Source: Muribaculaceae bacterium
Lineage (GTDB): Bacteria > Bacteroidota > Bacteroidia > Bacteroidales > Muribaculaceae
NCBI GenBank assembly: GCA_017559355.1
Contig: JAFYSL010000024.1
Span: 507-64,506 of the forward strand
Direction: 5' to 3'
DNA length: 64,000 bases
The notes beneath the pieces were generated by a model. It saw only the letters and a program-made list of their open reading frames with translations. It was not told the DNA's origin and searched no databases. This document shows, piece after piece, positions 25,623-35,686 of this stretch. Position 1 is the first letter of the stretch, and every line of letters begins with the position of its first letter. Both the position numbers and the translations under genes were made by a program.

Positions 25623-27113
25623 TTACAACATTTTCTTCAATTCATTTAATGCACTTTGGATTTCATTTTCCAATTGTTCGATGCGTTCCATTATCACCTC
25701 AGGGGCATCATATGTTACCACTTCACGCTCTACCTCCTTATACTTGTTGATTGAGAGGTCATATCCCTTCTCACGAATTTCATCGACAGGCACGAGGAAT
25801 GATTGCTCCTTACGGGTGCGTTCCTCTTCTGCTGCGAGGTTATGGAAACGAGCAACAATGTCGGGAATATCACTTTCAGCAACCTCATTGCGCTTTTGGT
25901 CAAGAGAATAACCATCTGCTTTCATATCGTAGAACCACACCTTGTCGGTTCCTCCTGCATTGGTCTTGGTGAAAATCAAGATTGCGGTACTCACGCCCGA
26001 ATATGGTTGGAACACTCCCGATGACATTGAGATAACTGCTTCCAAACGATGGTTGTCAATCAATTCCTTACGGATAGACTTGTGTCCTGTACTATTCCCA
26101 AACAACACCCCATCAGGAACGATACTTGCACATCTACCACCTGTCTGCAACATACGCACAAACAGAGCAAGGAACAACAACTCAGTTTTCTTGGTCTTGG
26201 TGATTGCAAGCAAAGACTTGCTCACTGCCTCATTGTCAAGACTACCTGTAAATGGAGGATTTGCAAGACAAAGAGAATATCGGTTCTCATCGGTGTTGTC
26301 GGTCGAAAGACTATCACGATAGGCAATATCAGGGTTATCTACTCCGTGAAGCATCAGGTTCATTGCACCAATACGCAACATTGTGGCATCGGTATCAAAA
26401 CCATGAAGCAAACCATTCTTGTAGTGGTCGGAATTCTCTTTCTTGAGAAGTTCACTCTTATAGTGTTGTTGGATATACTTTGCACTCTCCACGATAAAAC
26501 CCGCTGAACCCATAGCAGGGTCGCAGATGGTGTCCTTCAATGTTGGTTTCATCAGTTCTACCATCATACGGATAATGTGTCTTGGAGTACGGAACTGACC
26601 ATTATTACCCGATGCTGCCATCTTACCCAACACATACTCATATACATCACCCATAGTATCACGATTGTTCATATCGAGGTCATTGATGCCCTCAACAATC
26701 TTTGTCAATGTGCGTGGTGCCTGAATCAAGAACGAAGCATTTGCCATAAAACGACTATATGCACTCTCTTTACCTTCACCAAGATTCTTGATAAAGACAA
26801 ACACATCCTTGCTGATAGTGCGGTACATCGCCTCTGCCTCCATATTGCGAAACACACTCCAACGAAGTTGCTCATAAGGCACATCTTTGTCAGTGTCGGG
26901 GTTATGCCACATACCTTCCTTGAAAGTAGGGTCTTTCAATGCAGTGCCCCAAGCGTTAGCACTTGCTTCTTTGGTGCGCTGAGCATCATCGAGCATCTTC
27001 ATAAAGAACAGATAGGTCATCTGTTCAAGGATAGTTATAGAATTGGTAATACCTCCTGTCCAAAAGGTGTCCCATATAGAGTCAATACGATTCTTGATTT
27101 CGCCTGTTATCAT
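25623..27113 (-). CDS. hsdM: type I restriction-modification DNA methyltransferase subunit M (N6-adenine)
   Basis: 496 aa. HsdM N-domain, AdoMet motif DPAMGSAGF and catalytic LANPPFTGS. Confidence 0.9.
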   Translation of the reverse strand: MITGEIKNRIDSIWDTFWTGGITNSITILEQMTYLFFMKMLDDAQRTKEASANAWGTALKDPTFKEGMWHNPDTDKDVPYEQLRWSVFRNMEAEAMYRTISKDVFVFIKNLGEGKESAYSRFMANASFLIQAPRTLTKIVEGINDLDMNNRDTMGDVYEYVLGKMAASGNNGQFRTPRHIIRMMVELMKPTLKDTICDPAMGSAGFIVESAKYIQQHYKSELLKKENSDHYKNGLLHGFDTDATMLRIGAMNLMLHGVDNPDIAYRDSLSTDNTDENRYSLCLANPPFTGSLDNEAVSKSLLAITKTKKTELLFLALFVRMLQTGGRCASIVPDGVLFGNSTGHKSIRKELIDNHRLEAVISMSSGVFQPYSGVSTAILIFTKTNAGGTDKVWFYDMKADGYSLDQKRNEVAESDIPDIVARFHNLAAEEERTRKEQSFLVPVDEIREKGYDLSINKYKEVEREVVTYDAPEVIMERIEQLENEIQSALNELKKML

Positions 27114-27215
27114 AAGATTGTTATGTTAGTGTCAAATTTTACGTAAAAATACAAATTATAATTGAATAAATAAGCTAAAAGATATAATTACTATTTTTTG
27201 CGACGATAAAATGAT

Positions 27216-27223
27216 TATCTTTG
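27216..27223 (+). promoter_or_regulatory. -7 promoter box for the LMW-PTP gene
   Basis: TATCTTTG, 27 nt upstream of the ATG. Confidence 0.45.
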
Positions 27224-27249
27224 TGATATAAATAAGAATAATATTATCT

Positions 27250-27777
27250 ATGAATAATATAGAATCGATTGAGGCGATTAGTCGCTTAAATGGAAAAGAG
27301 AAAGCAAGAGTATTATTTGTGTGCCTTGGAAATATATGCCGTTCACCAGCAGCTGATGGCATTATGCACGCCATTATTGAGGAGCACAACGATGACGCAC
27401 GTTGGGAAATTGACTCGGCTGGCACTGGCGGCTATCATGTAGGAGACCTTCCCGATAGTCGTATGCGTATTCACGCTCGCCGCCGTGGATTAGAACTCAA
27501 CCACATCTGCCGACAAGTGCGCATTGCCGATTTTGACGACTTTGATCTCATTATCCCTATGGACGCAAGCAATGAATCAAATCTGCGTCGCATCGCCCCT
27601 ACAACCGAACATGAGACAAAAATCATACCTATGGCAAAATTTATCAATATGTCATTACGTTATGATTATATCCCCGACCCTTATTATGAAGGGGCTGAGG
27701 GATTTGAACTTGTCCTTGATTTGCTACAAAATGGTTGTGCAAATCTTTATGACATTGTTTCAAAAGTGATTAAATAG
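27250..27777 (+). CDS. low-molecular-weight protein-tyrosine phosphatase
   Basis: VLFVCLGNICRSPAADG (C-X5-R-S P-loop) and a downstream DPYY motif. Confidence 0.85.
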   Translation: MNNIESIEAISRLNGKEKARVLFVCLGNICRSPAADGIMHAIIEEHNDDARWEIDSAGTGGYHVGDLPDSRMRIHARRRGLELNHICRQVRIADFDDFDLIIPMDASNESNLRRIAPTTEHETKIIPMAKFINMSLRYDYIPDPYYEGAEGFELVLDLLQNGCANLYDIVSKVIK

Positions 27778-27801
27778 AAAAAACAATATTCAAGCATTAC
27801 C

Positions 27802-30021
27802 ATGAAGAAAATTTTTGGTCTACTTTTCCTTATGCTATCAATTGTTGCCGCTGCTAAGACATCGGTTACTTGGGAAAATCTTGGCAACTACAAAGATGCA
27901 TCAAACACTGCATATTACATTCAACGATTTACTGTTAAAGGGGATATTGCAAAAATCAATCGACTATGCTTCAATCAATTTGCACGTCAAATGAAACCTC
28001 TCAACAGTACCGACTCTGTAGTAGAAATCATACCTGGTTATTACTATGTCACTTCACCTCAATTTGGCACTAATGCCGATAGTGTAGTGATTGACATACG
28101 CGTAAAAGGCACCCTTGCAGCAATTTGTTATGCCCCCGATGGTTTTCACACCGTTGATTCTCGTGGACTTACATCAAGCGTGAAATATTCTCGCCGTTCA
28201 ATTCTTGAGCAACCTAAGCAATGGTGTCTTGAAGGTAAGGACCGCATGCCTTATGGCGATGGCATATATCGATTCAACGAATCGCTCACTTGCAATGATA
28301 CGATTAGTGTGTATGATGTTATTCCATCGTTCAAAAGCGTAAAACTCCTTGGAGGATATTATAAAGGAGATGGCGAAGTGAAATCACTGCCCATCACCCA
28401 TGAAAATCCCGAATTTTATCGTATCACAATCGCTACTGATAGTGTGTTGATTGAATATGCCTCGGATAACGCATTAAAAATTGCTAATCGCGTTCTCTCA
28501 ACTCACAATTACATTCCAGGCGATGGCACTCCACTTCCTTGTGCCGTAATTGAGGATTATCCCGACCTCCCCTATCGTGCTGTAATGATTGATATTGCTC
28601 GCAATTTTCAACGTGTAAGCGACTTGCAAACAGTTGTTCAAATGCTTGCTCGTTATCGCCTCAATACCCTCCATTTCCACTTCTGCGACGATGAGGCATG
28701 GCGATTAGAAATACCTGGATTACCCGAACTCACTTCGGTAGGTTCTCGCCGAGGTTACACCCTTGATGAAAAAAATCATCTTGTGCAAATATTCGCTGGC
28801 AATGGCGACCCTAACACCGCTGAAGGGACTGCCAACGGCTACATCTCTCGTGGTGAATTCATTGAATTCCTACGTTATTGCAACGAATATGGCATCAACG
28901 TAGTGCCCGAAATCGAATCGCCTGGACACGCTCGTGCAGCAATAAAATCAATGGAAACACGCTATCGCAACACTGGCGATGCATCATATCGACTCATAGA
29001 AGATGGCGACACCTCTCGTTACACCTCTGCACAAGCATTTCACGACAACGTGATGAATCCAGCAATGCCTGGTCCATATAAATTCATGGAAAAAGTTATT
29101 GACGAAATCATCGCAATGTATCGTGAAGCAGGTGCACCGCTTACTGCAATACATATCGGTGGCGACGAAGTGCCTCGTGGTGCATGGAATGGTTCGCCTG
29201 CAGCAACCACCCTCATTAAAGAGCAAAATCTTGGTGGAGAAAAAGGATTACACGCATATTTCGTGCGTCAATTAGCCAAAATTCTTTCTCAACGAGGAGT
29301 AAAAATGAATGGTTGGCAAGAAATTGCCGTAGGTCATACCGATGAATACAACGCTGAAATATCTCCACTAATTGGTGGTGTAAACTGTTGGAGTACACTC
29401 CCCTCACATGGTCATGGAGGTGTGACTCGTGAAGCGGTTAACGCTGGATATCCAATCATATTGAGCAATGTAAACCATTTCTACCTCGATATGATGTATA
29501 ACTATCATCCATTGGAAAAGGGATTAAATTGGGGTGGCACTGTAGATGAATTCAATTCTCTTGCTGGTTACCCTGCTCAACTATGCCCCACCGACTCTAC
29601 AACCAAAGGTCGCATCGTAGGTATCAGTGGACATGTTTTTGCCGAAACAATGCGCTCATTCCCTCAACTTCAATCATTCTTATTGCCTAAAATGCTCGGA
29701 CTTGCCGAACGTGCATGGAATAATAGTGAGACATATACCCCAGCCAAATTCAATAGCATTATCAGCAATAAAGAGTTGCCACGTTTGGCATTACGTGGAT
29801 GGAATTTCCACCTTCGCCAACCAGGCATCGTCACCGAAGACGGAATGATAAAAATGAACTCGCCCTATTCCGATGCTGTAATACGTTACACCCTCGATGG
29901 AAGCGAACCATCACTCAAATCGCCTATTTATACCGGACCGATTAACACCGATGCAACCGAAATTCGCGCACGTCTTTACTACCTCGGCCAAGAAAGCGTA
30001 ACCACAATTCTTTTTAGATAA
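27802..30021 (+). CDS. beta-N-acetylhexosaminidase (GH20)
   Basis: Signal peptide. MIDIARNF, LNTLHFHFCDDEAWRLE, PEIESPGHA and HIGGDEV (D-E catalytic pair). Confidence 0.85.
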   Translation: MKKIFGLLFLMLSIVAAAKTSVTWENLGNYKDASNTAYYIQRFTVKGDIAKINRLCFNQFARQMKPLNSTDSVVEIIPGYYYVTSPQFGTNADSVVIDIRVKGTLAAICYAPDGFHTVDSRGLTSSVKYSRRSILEQPKQWCLEGKDRMPYGDGIYRFNESLTCNDTISVYDVIPSFKSVKLLGGYYKGDGEVKSLPITHENPEFYRITIATDSVLIEYASDNALKIANRVLSTHNYIPGDGTPLPCAVIEDYPDLPYRAVMIDIARNFQRVSDLQTVVQMLARYRLNTLHFHFCDDEAWRLEIPGLPELTSVGSRRGYTLDEKNHLVQIFAGNGDPNTAEGTANGYISRGEFIEFLRYCNEYGINVVPEIESPGHARAAIKSMETRYRNTGDASYRLIEDGDTSRYTSAQAFHDNVMNPAMPGPYKFMEKVIDEIIAMYREAGAPLTAIHIGGDEVPRGAWNGSPAATTLIKEQNLGGEKGLHAYFVRQLAKILSQRGVKMNGWQEIAVGHTDEYNAEISPLIGGVNCWSTLPSHGHGGVTREAVNAGYPIILSNVNHFYLDMMYNYHPLEKGLNWGGTVDEFNSLAGYPAQLCPTDSTTKGRIVGISGHVFAETMRSFPQLQSFLLPKMLGLAERAWNNSETYTPAKFNSIISNKELPRLALRGWNFHLRQPGIVTEDGMIKMNSPYSDAVIRYTLDGSEPSLKSPIYTGPINTDATEIRARLYYLGQESVTTILFR

Positions 30022-30066
30022 AACCATAGGGCGCTAATCATTTTGTAAAATATTTTTGAAATTTAT

Positions 30067-30096
30067 TGTACGGAAAAAATATTTTACGTACATTTG
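30067..30096 (+). promoter_or_regulatory. TetR-operon promoter: -7 box TACATTTG (30089-30096) overlapped by the inverted repeat TGTACG-N14-CGTACA
   Basis: The 6-bp arms are at 30067-30072 and 30087-30092 with an A/T palindromic core. This is a plausible TetR operator. Confidence 0.45.
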
Positions 30097-30141
30097 CGTT
30101 AACAAAATTATTAAACATCATTGTTAATATCCCATAACTTA

Positions 30142-30774
30142 ATGATTATGACCATGCAAGACAAAGTTAGCAAAGAACAATTAATTCTCGAATCGGCCGA
30201 GCAAGAGTTTTTCATAAAGGGATTTGATGGAGCAAGAACAACATCAATTGCCAAACGTGCGGGCGTTACACATGCAATGCTACACTACTATTATCGCACT
30301 AAAGAACAACTATTTGAACGCGTAATCGACAAAAATGTATCACTTATTATAGCAACTATGTTTTCGTCATTGGGCAAAGCAGATATGCCATTTTTAGACC
30401 GATTAAAAGTTAGCATATCTTCTCATTTCGACATTGTAGCAAGTAATCCCCTCTTGCCTCACTTCTTTCTAAACGAAATCGTATCGCGCCCCGAACGTTA
30501 CAATATGATGCAAAACAAACTAGAAACAAGTGCTAAGGAAATATTTTCTAAAGTTCAAATCGAAATTGACGAACAATCACAACAAGGCAATATTGAATGG
30601 ATTGATGCAAGGATGTTATTTATGAGCATTGTATCACTCAACATATTTCCATTCGTTGCTCTTCCATTTGCAAAACGCATGATGGGTGATTTATTAGATA
30701 ACCAAGACTCGTTTTTGGAACAACGTAAAGCTGAAAATATTGAAACAATAATGCGAAGACTAAAAAAACAGTAA
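30142..30774 (+). CDS. TetR/AcrR-family transcriptional regulator
   Basis: N-terminal HTH GFDGARTTSIAKRAGVTHAMLHYYY. The ORF track starts at a TTG (30121). I prefer the first ATG after the predicted -7 box, and the exact start is uncertain (30142, 30148 or 30154). Confidence 0.8.
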   Translation: MIMTMQDKVSKEQLILESAEQEFFIKGFDGARTTSIAKRAGVTHAMLHYYYRTKEQLFERVIDKNVSLIIATMFSSLGKADMPFLDRLKVSISSHFDIVASNPLLPHFFLNEIVSRPERYNMMQNKLETSAKEIFSKVQIEIDEQSQQGNIEWIDARMLFMSIVSLNIFPFVALPFAKRMMGDLLDNQDSFLEQRKAENIETIMRRLKKQ

Positions 30775-30776
30775 CC

Positions 30777-32054
30777 ATGAAACAAATCACATTTATAATA
30801 ATGTTTGTGCTAATATCTATAGGGATAAAAGCCCAAACACTTGAGGAATGCCGACAATTGGCTCGAGAACACTATCCTGAAATAAAACAATACAATCTTA
30901 TTTCACAAACCGAACAATATAATTTATCTAACGCAGCAAAGGCGTGGCTTCCCCAAATAGCGCTATCAGGACAAGCCACATACCAGTCAGCTACTGTTAC
31001 ATATCCTGAAGCATTACAAGGAATGCTCACTACTAATGGGGTAGATATGACAGGGATACGCAAAGATCAATACAAAATAGGTGTTGATGTGTCGCAAAAC
31101 ATTTGGGATGGAGGACAATCCAAAGCAACCAAAGCTATTGCCAAAGCCGAAGCAATTGAGCAACGCACTCGTACAGATGTTTCACTATATGACCTCAATT
31201 CACGAATTGACAATATTTATTTTGGCATTTTGTTACTTGATGAACGTGTAGAACAAACCAATTCTTTAATTAAAATTTTAGAGAGCAACCTCGCTCGAAT
31301 GCAAACATACGTTAAAAACGGAGTTGCAATACAAAGTGACGTAGATGCAATTGAAGCAGAGCTATTAACAGCTCAACAAACACTCGAACAGATAAAAGTT
31401 TCGAGAGATTGTTACCGTCGCATGTTAGAATTATTTATTGGACAACAAATTTCAGACAACAAATTAGAACGCCCCGCTATGCCTGAAATCACTGCTAGAG
31501 TATCGTTGCGACCAGAGTTAGCGTTATTTGATGCACAAACAAACAAAATTGAAGCCCAACGGAAAGCGATAAACTCCTCAATCATGCCACGTATTAGCGC
31601 CTTTGCGCAAGCATACTACGGCTACCCAGGTCTTGACATGTTTAAGAGTATGACCTCATCGGCGTGGACTCCAAATGCGATTGCAGGGCTACGAGTATCA
31701 TGGAATATCGGAGCTTTTTACACCAAAGAAAACGACCTTAAGAAATTGGATTTAGCACAACAACAAATTGCTGTTCAACGCAATGTATTTCTCTTTAATA
31801 CCCAGATGCAAACCACTCAAGATGATGGAGAAATTATTAGATTACGCAAAGCAATAACCAACGATAAAAGAATCGTAGAACTAAGACATTCGATAAGAAT
31901 TGCCGCCGAATCAAAATTTGAAAACGGCACAATAGATGCAACAGATTTATTAGCAAAAATCGCTGATGAAACTTCGGCATTGCTCAACCAAAACATCCAT
32001 GAATTGGAATTATTACAAACTCAATATAGACTCAAAACAACATTAAATCAATAG
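30777..32054 (+). CDS. TolC-family outer-membrane efflux protein
   Basis: 425 aa. Signal peptide and two-repeat alpha/beta TolC-like pattern (LTLEECRQLAREHYPEI...). First structural gene of the efflux operon. Confidence 0.8.
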   Translation: MKQITFIIMFVLISIGIKAQTLEECRQLAREHYPEIKQYNLISQTEQYNLSNAAKAWLPQIALSGQATYQSATVTYPEALQGMLTTNGVDMTGIRKDQYKIGVDVSQNIWDGGQSKATKAIAKAEAIEQRTRTDVSLYDLNSRIDNIYFGILLLDERVEQTNSLIKILESNLARMQTYVKNGVAIQSDVDAIEAELLTAQQTLEQIKVSRDCYRRMLELFIGQQISDNKLERPAMPEITARVSLRPELALFDAQTNKIEAQRKAINSSIMPRISAFAQAYYGYPGLDMFKSMTSSAWTPNAIAGLRVSWNIGAFYTKENDLKKLDLAQQQIAVQRNVFLFNTQMQTTQDDGEIIRLRKAITNDKRIVELRHSIRIAAESKFENGTIDATDLLAKIADETSALLNQNIHELELLQTQYRLKTTLNQ

Positions 32055-32058
32055 CATT

Positions 32059-32943
32059 ATGAAACGTATTATTTATATCGCCATAGCAATGCTTTTCGTA
32101 TCGTGTGGCAATGAAACAGAATTTGATGCACAAGGCACATTTGAAGCGCCCGAAGTTATTGTATCATCTGAAGCAAGCGGGTGTATACTTTCATTCAACG
32201 TAGCAGAGGGTGATTCAATAAAAGTAGGCCAATCAATATGCAATATTGATAGCATGCAACTACATTTACAACGTAAACAACTTTTAGCACAACTATCAGC
32301 ACTTTTAAATTCTCGTCCCGACACAAAAATTCAAGTTGCGTCACTCAAAGAGCAAATAGCAAAACAAAAAAATGAGCAAAAACGCATAGAAAATATGCTC
32401 AGCGATGGTGCAGGGACGCAGAAACAAAAAGAGGATATTGATGCTCAAATACAAATTCTAGAAAGCCAATTATCAGCTACACTCTCTACACTAAACAAAA
32501 ACAATGCAACTATCGACGACAATGCTGTAGCCCTTGAAGCTCAATTATCGGCTATCGATGACCGCATCGCAAAACATTTTATTACGTCACCAATTAACGG
32601 AACAATATTAGTTAAATATGCCGAAGCTGGAGAGTTGGCATCCATGGGCAAACCAATTGTAAAGATTGCCGACCTCAACAACATATACCTTCGAGCCTAT
32701 TTTACATCCGATCAATTAGCCAACATCAAGTTAGGAGATGAAGTTACTGTTATTGCCGACTTTGGTAGCGATAAACGATACGATTACATAGGTCGTATTA
32801 TTTGGATTTCTTCAGAAAGCGAGTTTACTCCCAAAACCATACAAACAAAAGATTCTCGTGCCAACTTAGTATATGCAGTGAAAATTGCCGTTAAGAATGA
32901 TGGCCGTTTGAAAATAGGATTGGCTGGAGAAGTAAAATTATAA
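32059..32943 (+). CDS. HlyD-family periplasmic adaptor subunit
   Basis: 294 aa. Lipobox FVSCG, a long coiled-coil (Q/L-rich) and a beta-barrel C-terminus with FTPKTIQTKD. Confidence 0.8.
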   Translation: MKRIIYIAIAMLFVSCGNETEFDAQGTFEAPEVIVSSEASGCILSFNVAEGDSIKVGQSICNIDSMQLHLQRKQLLAQLSALLNSRPDTKIQVASLKEQIAKQKNEQKRIENMLSDGAGTQKQKEDIDAQIQILESQLSATLSTLNKNNATIDDNAVALEAQLSAIDDRIAKHFITSPINGTILVKYAEAGELASMGKPIVKIADLNNIYLRAYFTSDQLANIKLGDEVTVIADFGSDKRYDYIGRIIWISSESEFTPKTIQTKDSRANLVYAVKIAVKNDGRLKIGLAGEVKL

Positions 32944-32948
32944 TATCC

Positions 32949-33848
32949 ATGTATGCAGTTGAAATAAACTCGCTATCCAAGAGTTTTGGCAAAACTAAAG
33001 CACTGGATTCGGTAACGTTTGCCGTAGAACGTGGCGAACTATTTGGACTTATTGGACCCGACGGAGCAGGGAAAACCACCCTATTTCGCTTACTCACCAC
33101 GCTTCTCAATCCCGATAATGGTAGCGCTACAATTGATGGGTTTGACATTGTTAAAGACTACCACACTATTCGTTCTCGAGTAGGATATATGCCAGGCAGA
33201 TTCTCTCTCTACCCCGATTTAACAGTTGAAGAAAATCTTAATTTCTTTGCGGCTTTGTTTGGAGTCACAGTAGAAGAGTCTTATGATCTTATTGCACCTA
33301 TTTACAGCCATATTGAACCATTCCGCACTCGTAGAGCTGGGAAATTATCGGGCGGGATGAAACAGAAATTAGCATTATCTTGCGCATTGATACATCGCCC
33401 AAGTGTATTATTTTTAGACGAGCCCACCACAGGTGTTGATGCAGTGTCGCGTTGCGAATTTTGGGATATGTTATCCGAACTCAAGACAAAAGGTATAACC
33501 ATATTGGCTTCTACTCCTTATATGGACGAGGCTTCACGCTGCGATCGCATAGCGCTATGTGACAAAGGACACATATTAGGCATCAATACACCTCAAGATA
33601 TTGTCAATAAATATGATTCAAACTTGTATGCAATAAATGCCGACAATATGTTTAACCTATTAGAGGCTTCACGCAAAGCGACTGGCGTCATAGAATGCTA
33701 TCCATTTGGCGAATCACACCACTTAGTAACAAACGAAGAGTTTGACCTCAATCATTATAAAGAGGAATTAGGCGACTTTAAGAACCTCACAATAACCCCA
33801 ACTGCTCCAACAATTGAGGATATGTTTATAAAACTAATGAAACGATGA
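32949..33848 (+). CDS. ABC transporter ATP-binding protein
   Basis: Walker A GPDGAGKTT, signature LSGGMKQK and Walker B LFLDEPT. Confidence 0.9.
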   Translation: MYAVEINSLSKSFGKTKALDSVTFAVERGELFGLIGPDGAGKTTLFRLLTTLLNPDNGSATIDGFDIVKDYHTIRSRVGYMPGRFSLYPDLTVEENLNFFAALFGVTVEESYDLIAPIYSHIEPFRTRRAGKLSGGMKQKLALSCALIHRPSVLFLDEPTTGVDAVSRCEFWDMLSELKTKGITILASTPYMDEASRCDRIALCDKGHILGINTPQDIVNKYDSNLYAINADNMFNLLEASRKATGVIECYPFGESHHLVTNEEFDLNHYKEELGDFKNLTITPTAPTIEDMFIKLMKR

Positions 33849-34585
33849 GCGATATAGTAATTTCAGTGCACAATCTAACCAAACGTTTTGGGAATTTCAC
33901 CGCTGTTGACCACATAACTTTTGATGTGCAAAGAGGCGAAATTTTTGGATTTCTCGGAGCAAATGGAGCAGGTAAAACCTCTGCCATGCGTATGCTTTGT
34001 GGATTAAGTTATCCAACATCGGGGAGTGGCAATGTTGCAGGATTTGATATAATGCATGAAGGGGAGCAAATTAAACGCCACATTGGATACATGAGCCAAC
34101 GGTTTTCGCTTTATAACGAATTAACCGTATCGGAAAATATCAACCTTTTTGCTGGCATATATGGTTTGTCAAAAAAAGAGACTACTAAACGAGCAACACA
34201 ACTTCTTGAACGGCTAAACCTCCACTCCGAACGCAACACATTAGTCAAGTCCCTACCCCTTGGATGGAAACAGAAATTATCTTTTTCTATTGCAACAATC
34301 CATAATCCTGAGGTGGTATTTTTAGATGAACCAACAGGAGGGGTTGACCCTGTTACTCGCCGTCAATTTTGGGAAATGATATATGAAACAGCCAATAATG
34401 GAACTACCATTTTTGTTACGACGCACTATATGGATGAGGCCGAATATTGTTCACGTGTTTCAATAATGGTTGACGGAGAAATACGAGCACTCGACACCCC
34501 AACTAATCTAAAACAAAAATTCAATGCGATGACAATGGATGACGTATTCCGAACATTGGCTCGTGGAGCGAAAAGAGGAGAATAA
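33845..34585 (+). CDS. ABC transporter ATP-binding protein
   Basis: Walker A GANGAGKTS and Walker B VFLDEPTGGVD. There is a 4-nt overlap with the preceding ATPase gene. Confidence 0.9.
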   Translation: MSDIVISVHNLTKRFGNFTAVDHITFDVQRGEIFGFLGANGAGKTSAMRMLCGLSYPTSGSGNVAGFDIMHEGEQIKRHIGYMSQRFSLYNELTVSENINLFAGIYGLSKKETTKRATQLLERLNLHSERNTLVKSLPLGWKQKLSFSIATIHNPEVVFLDEPTGGVDPVTRRQFWEMIYETANNGTTIFVTTHYMDEAEYCSRVSIMVDGEIRALDTPTNLKQKFNAMTMDDVFRTLARGAKRGE

Positions 34586-34589
34586 TATC

Positions 34590-35684
34590 ATGAAACGCAA
34601 CTTTTTATCATTCGTAAAAAAAGAATCATTACACATTTTGCGCGACAAACGCACAATGCTTGTTGTGATGTTTATCCCTATTGTGCTGATGATTCTCTTT
34701 GGATTTGCCATATCTACCGAAGTTAACAACATAAATATTGCTATTGTGGCCCCAAATAGAACCGATGGGGTAACCGATGCTGTCAATCGTCTTGCGGCAA
34801 ACGAGTATTTTACTTTCAAAGGTTATATTAATCAAGATGAAATAGATATTCAACTACGTTCGGGAAAAGTTGGAGCCGTTGTCATGTTCACTCCCGACTA
34901 TGACAAGCGAGTAGCACAAATTTTGGAAGGGCTACCCTCTACCCCAGCCATTCAACTTATAGTAGATGCCTCTAATGTCAATACAGCAGGAGCCGCCACT
35001 GCCTACCTTCAAAGTGTATTATTAGGCACAGCCTCACAGCAATCAATGTTTGAAACCCGCATGCTTTTTAATCCACAAATGAAAAGCGCCTACAATTTTG
35101 TGCCAGGACTTATGGGATTTATATTTATTCTTGTGTGTGCAATGATGACATCGGTATCAATAGTGCGCGAAAAAGAGGTTGGTACAATGGAAGTTTTACT
35201 CGTTTCTCCAGTGCGTCCCGTAAAAATCATTTTCGCCAAAATGATTCCCTATTTTGTCATTTCATGCATTGTTCTCACTATCATACTTCTTTTAGCCCAT
35301 TTTCTCCTTGATGTTCCTATGAGCGGAGGTATAGGAGGCATTGTTACTATTTCACTTATATATCTTGCATTATCTCTGTCACTTGGATTATTTATTTCGA
35401 CAATAACTAGCACTCAAGTTGCTGCTTTGCTTATATCGGCAGTAGTATTAATGATGCCTATATTGATGTTTTCAGGGTTACTTTTCCCAATAGAGAATCT
35501 ACCAAAATTCTTTCAAGTAGTTTCAAATATAGTTCCTGCCCGATGGTATATTGATGCTACTCGTAAATTAATGATTCAAGGAGTATCTATATTGGCTGTT
35601 TGGAAAGAATGCATAATACTTCTCGGCATGACTATAATGCTTTTAGTTGTATCTCTCAAAAAGTTTAACGACAAATTAGAATAA
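34590..35684 (+). CDS. ABC-2 type transporter permease
   Basis: I chose the ATG at 34590 (MKRNFLSFVKKE...), 4 nt after the upstream stop. One N-terminal TM helix, a large loop and a C-terminal cluster of five TM helices. Confidence 0.85.
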   Translation: MKRNFLSFVKKESLHILRDKRTMLVVMFIPIVLMILFGFAISTEVNNINIAIVAPNRTDGVTDAVNRLAANEYFTFKGYINQDEIDIQLRSGKVGAVVMFTPDYDKRVAQILEGLPSTPAIQLIVDASNVNTAGAATAYLQSVLLGTASQQSMFETRMLFNPQMKSAYNFVPGLMGFIFILVCAMMTSVSIVREKEVGTMEVLLVSPVRPVKIIFAKMIPYFVISCIVLTIILLLAHFLLDVPMSGGIGGIVTISLIYLALSLSLGLFISTITSTQVAALLISAVVLMMPILMFSGLLFPIENLPKFFQVVSNIVPARWYIDATRKLMIQGVSILAVWKECIILLGMTIMLLVVSLKKFNDKLE

Positions 35685-35686
35685 CG

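Noticed and set aside
27114-27249. TTATGTTAGTG upstream of hsdM as a third copy of the TTATGTGA half-site from the internal 28-bp repeats.
   Set aside because: It matches only 7 of 8 in a single unit, in the opposite orientation, within AT-rich sequence. It is indistinguishable from chance.
17657-27249. Mobile genetic element boundaries for the R-M island (att sites, integrase, tRNA target).
   Set aside because: I found no integrase or transposase, no tRNA and no flanking direct repeats. Only the compositional mosaic supports horizontal origin.
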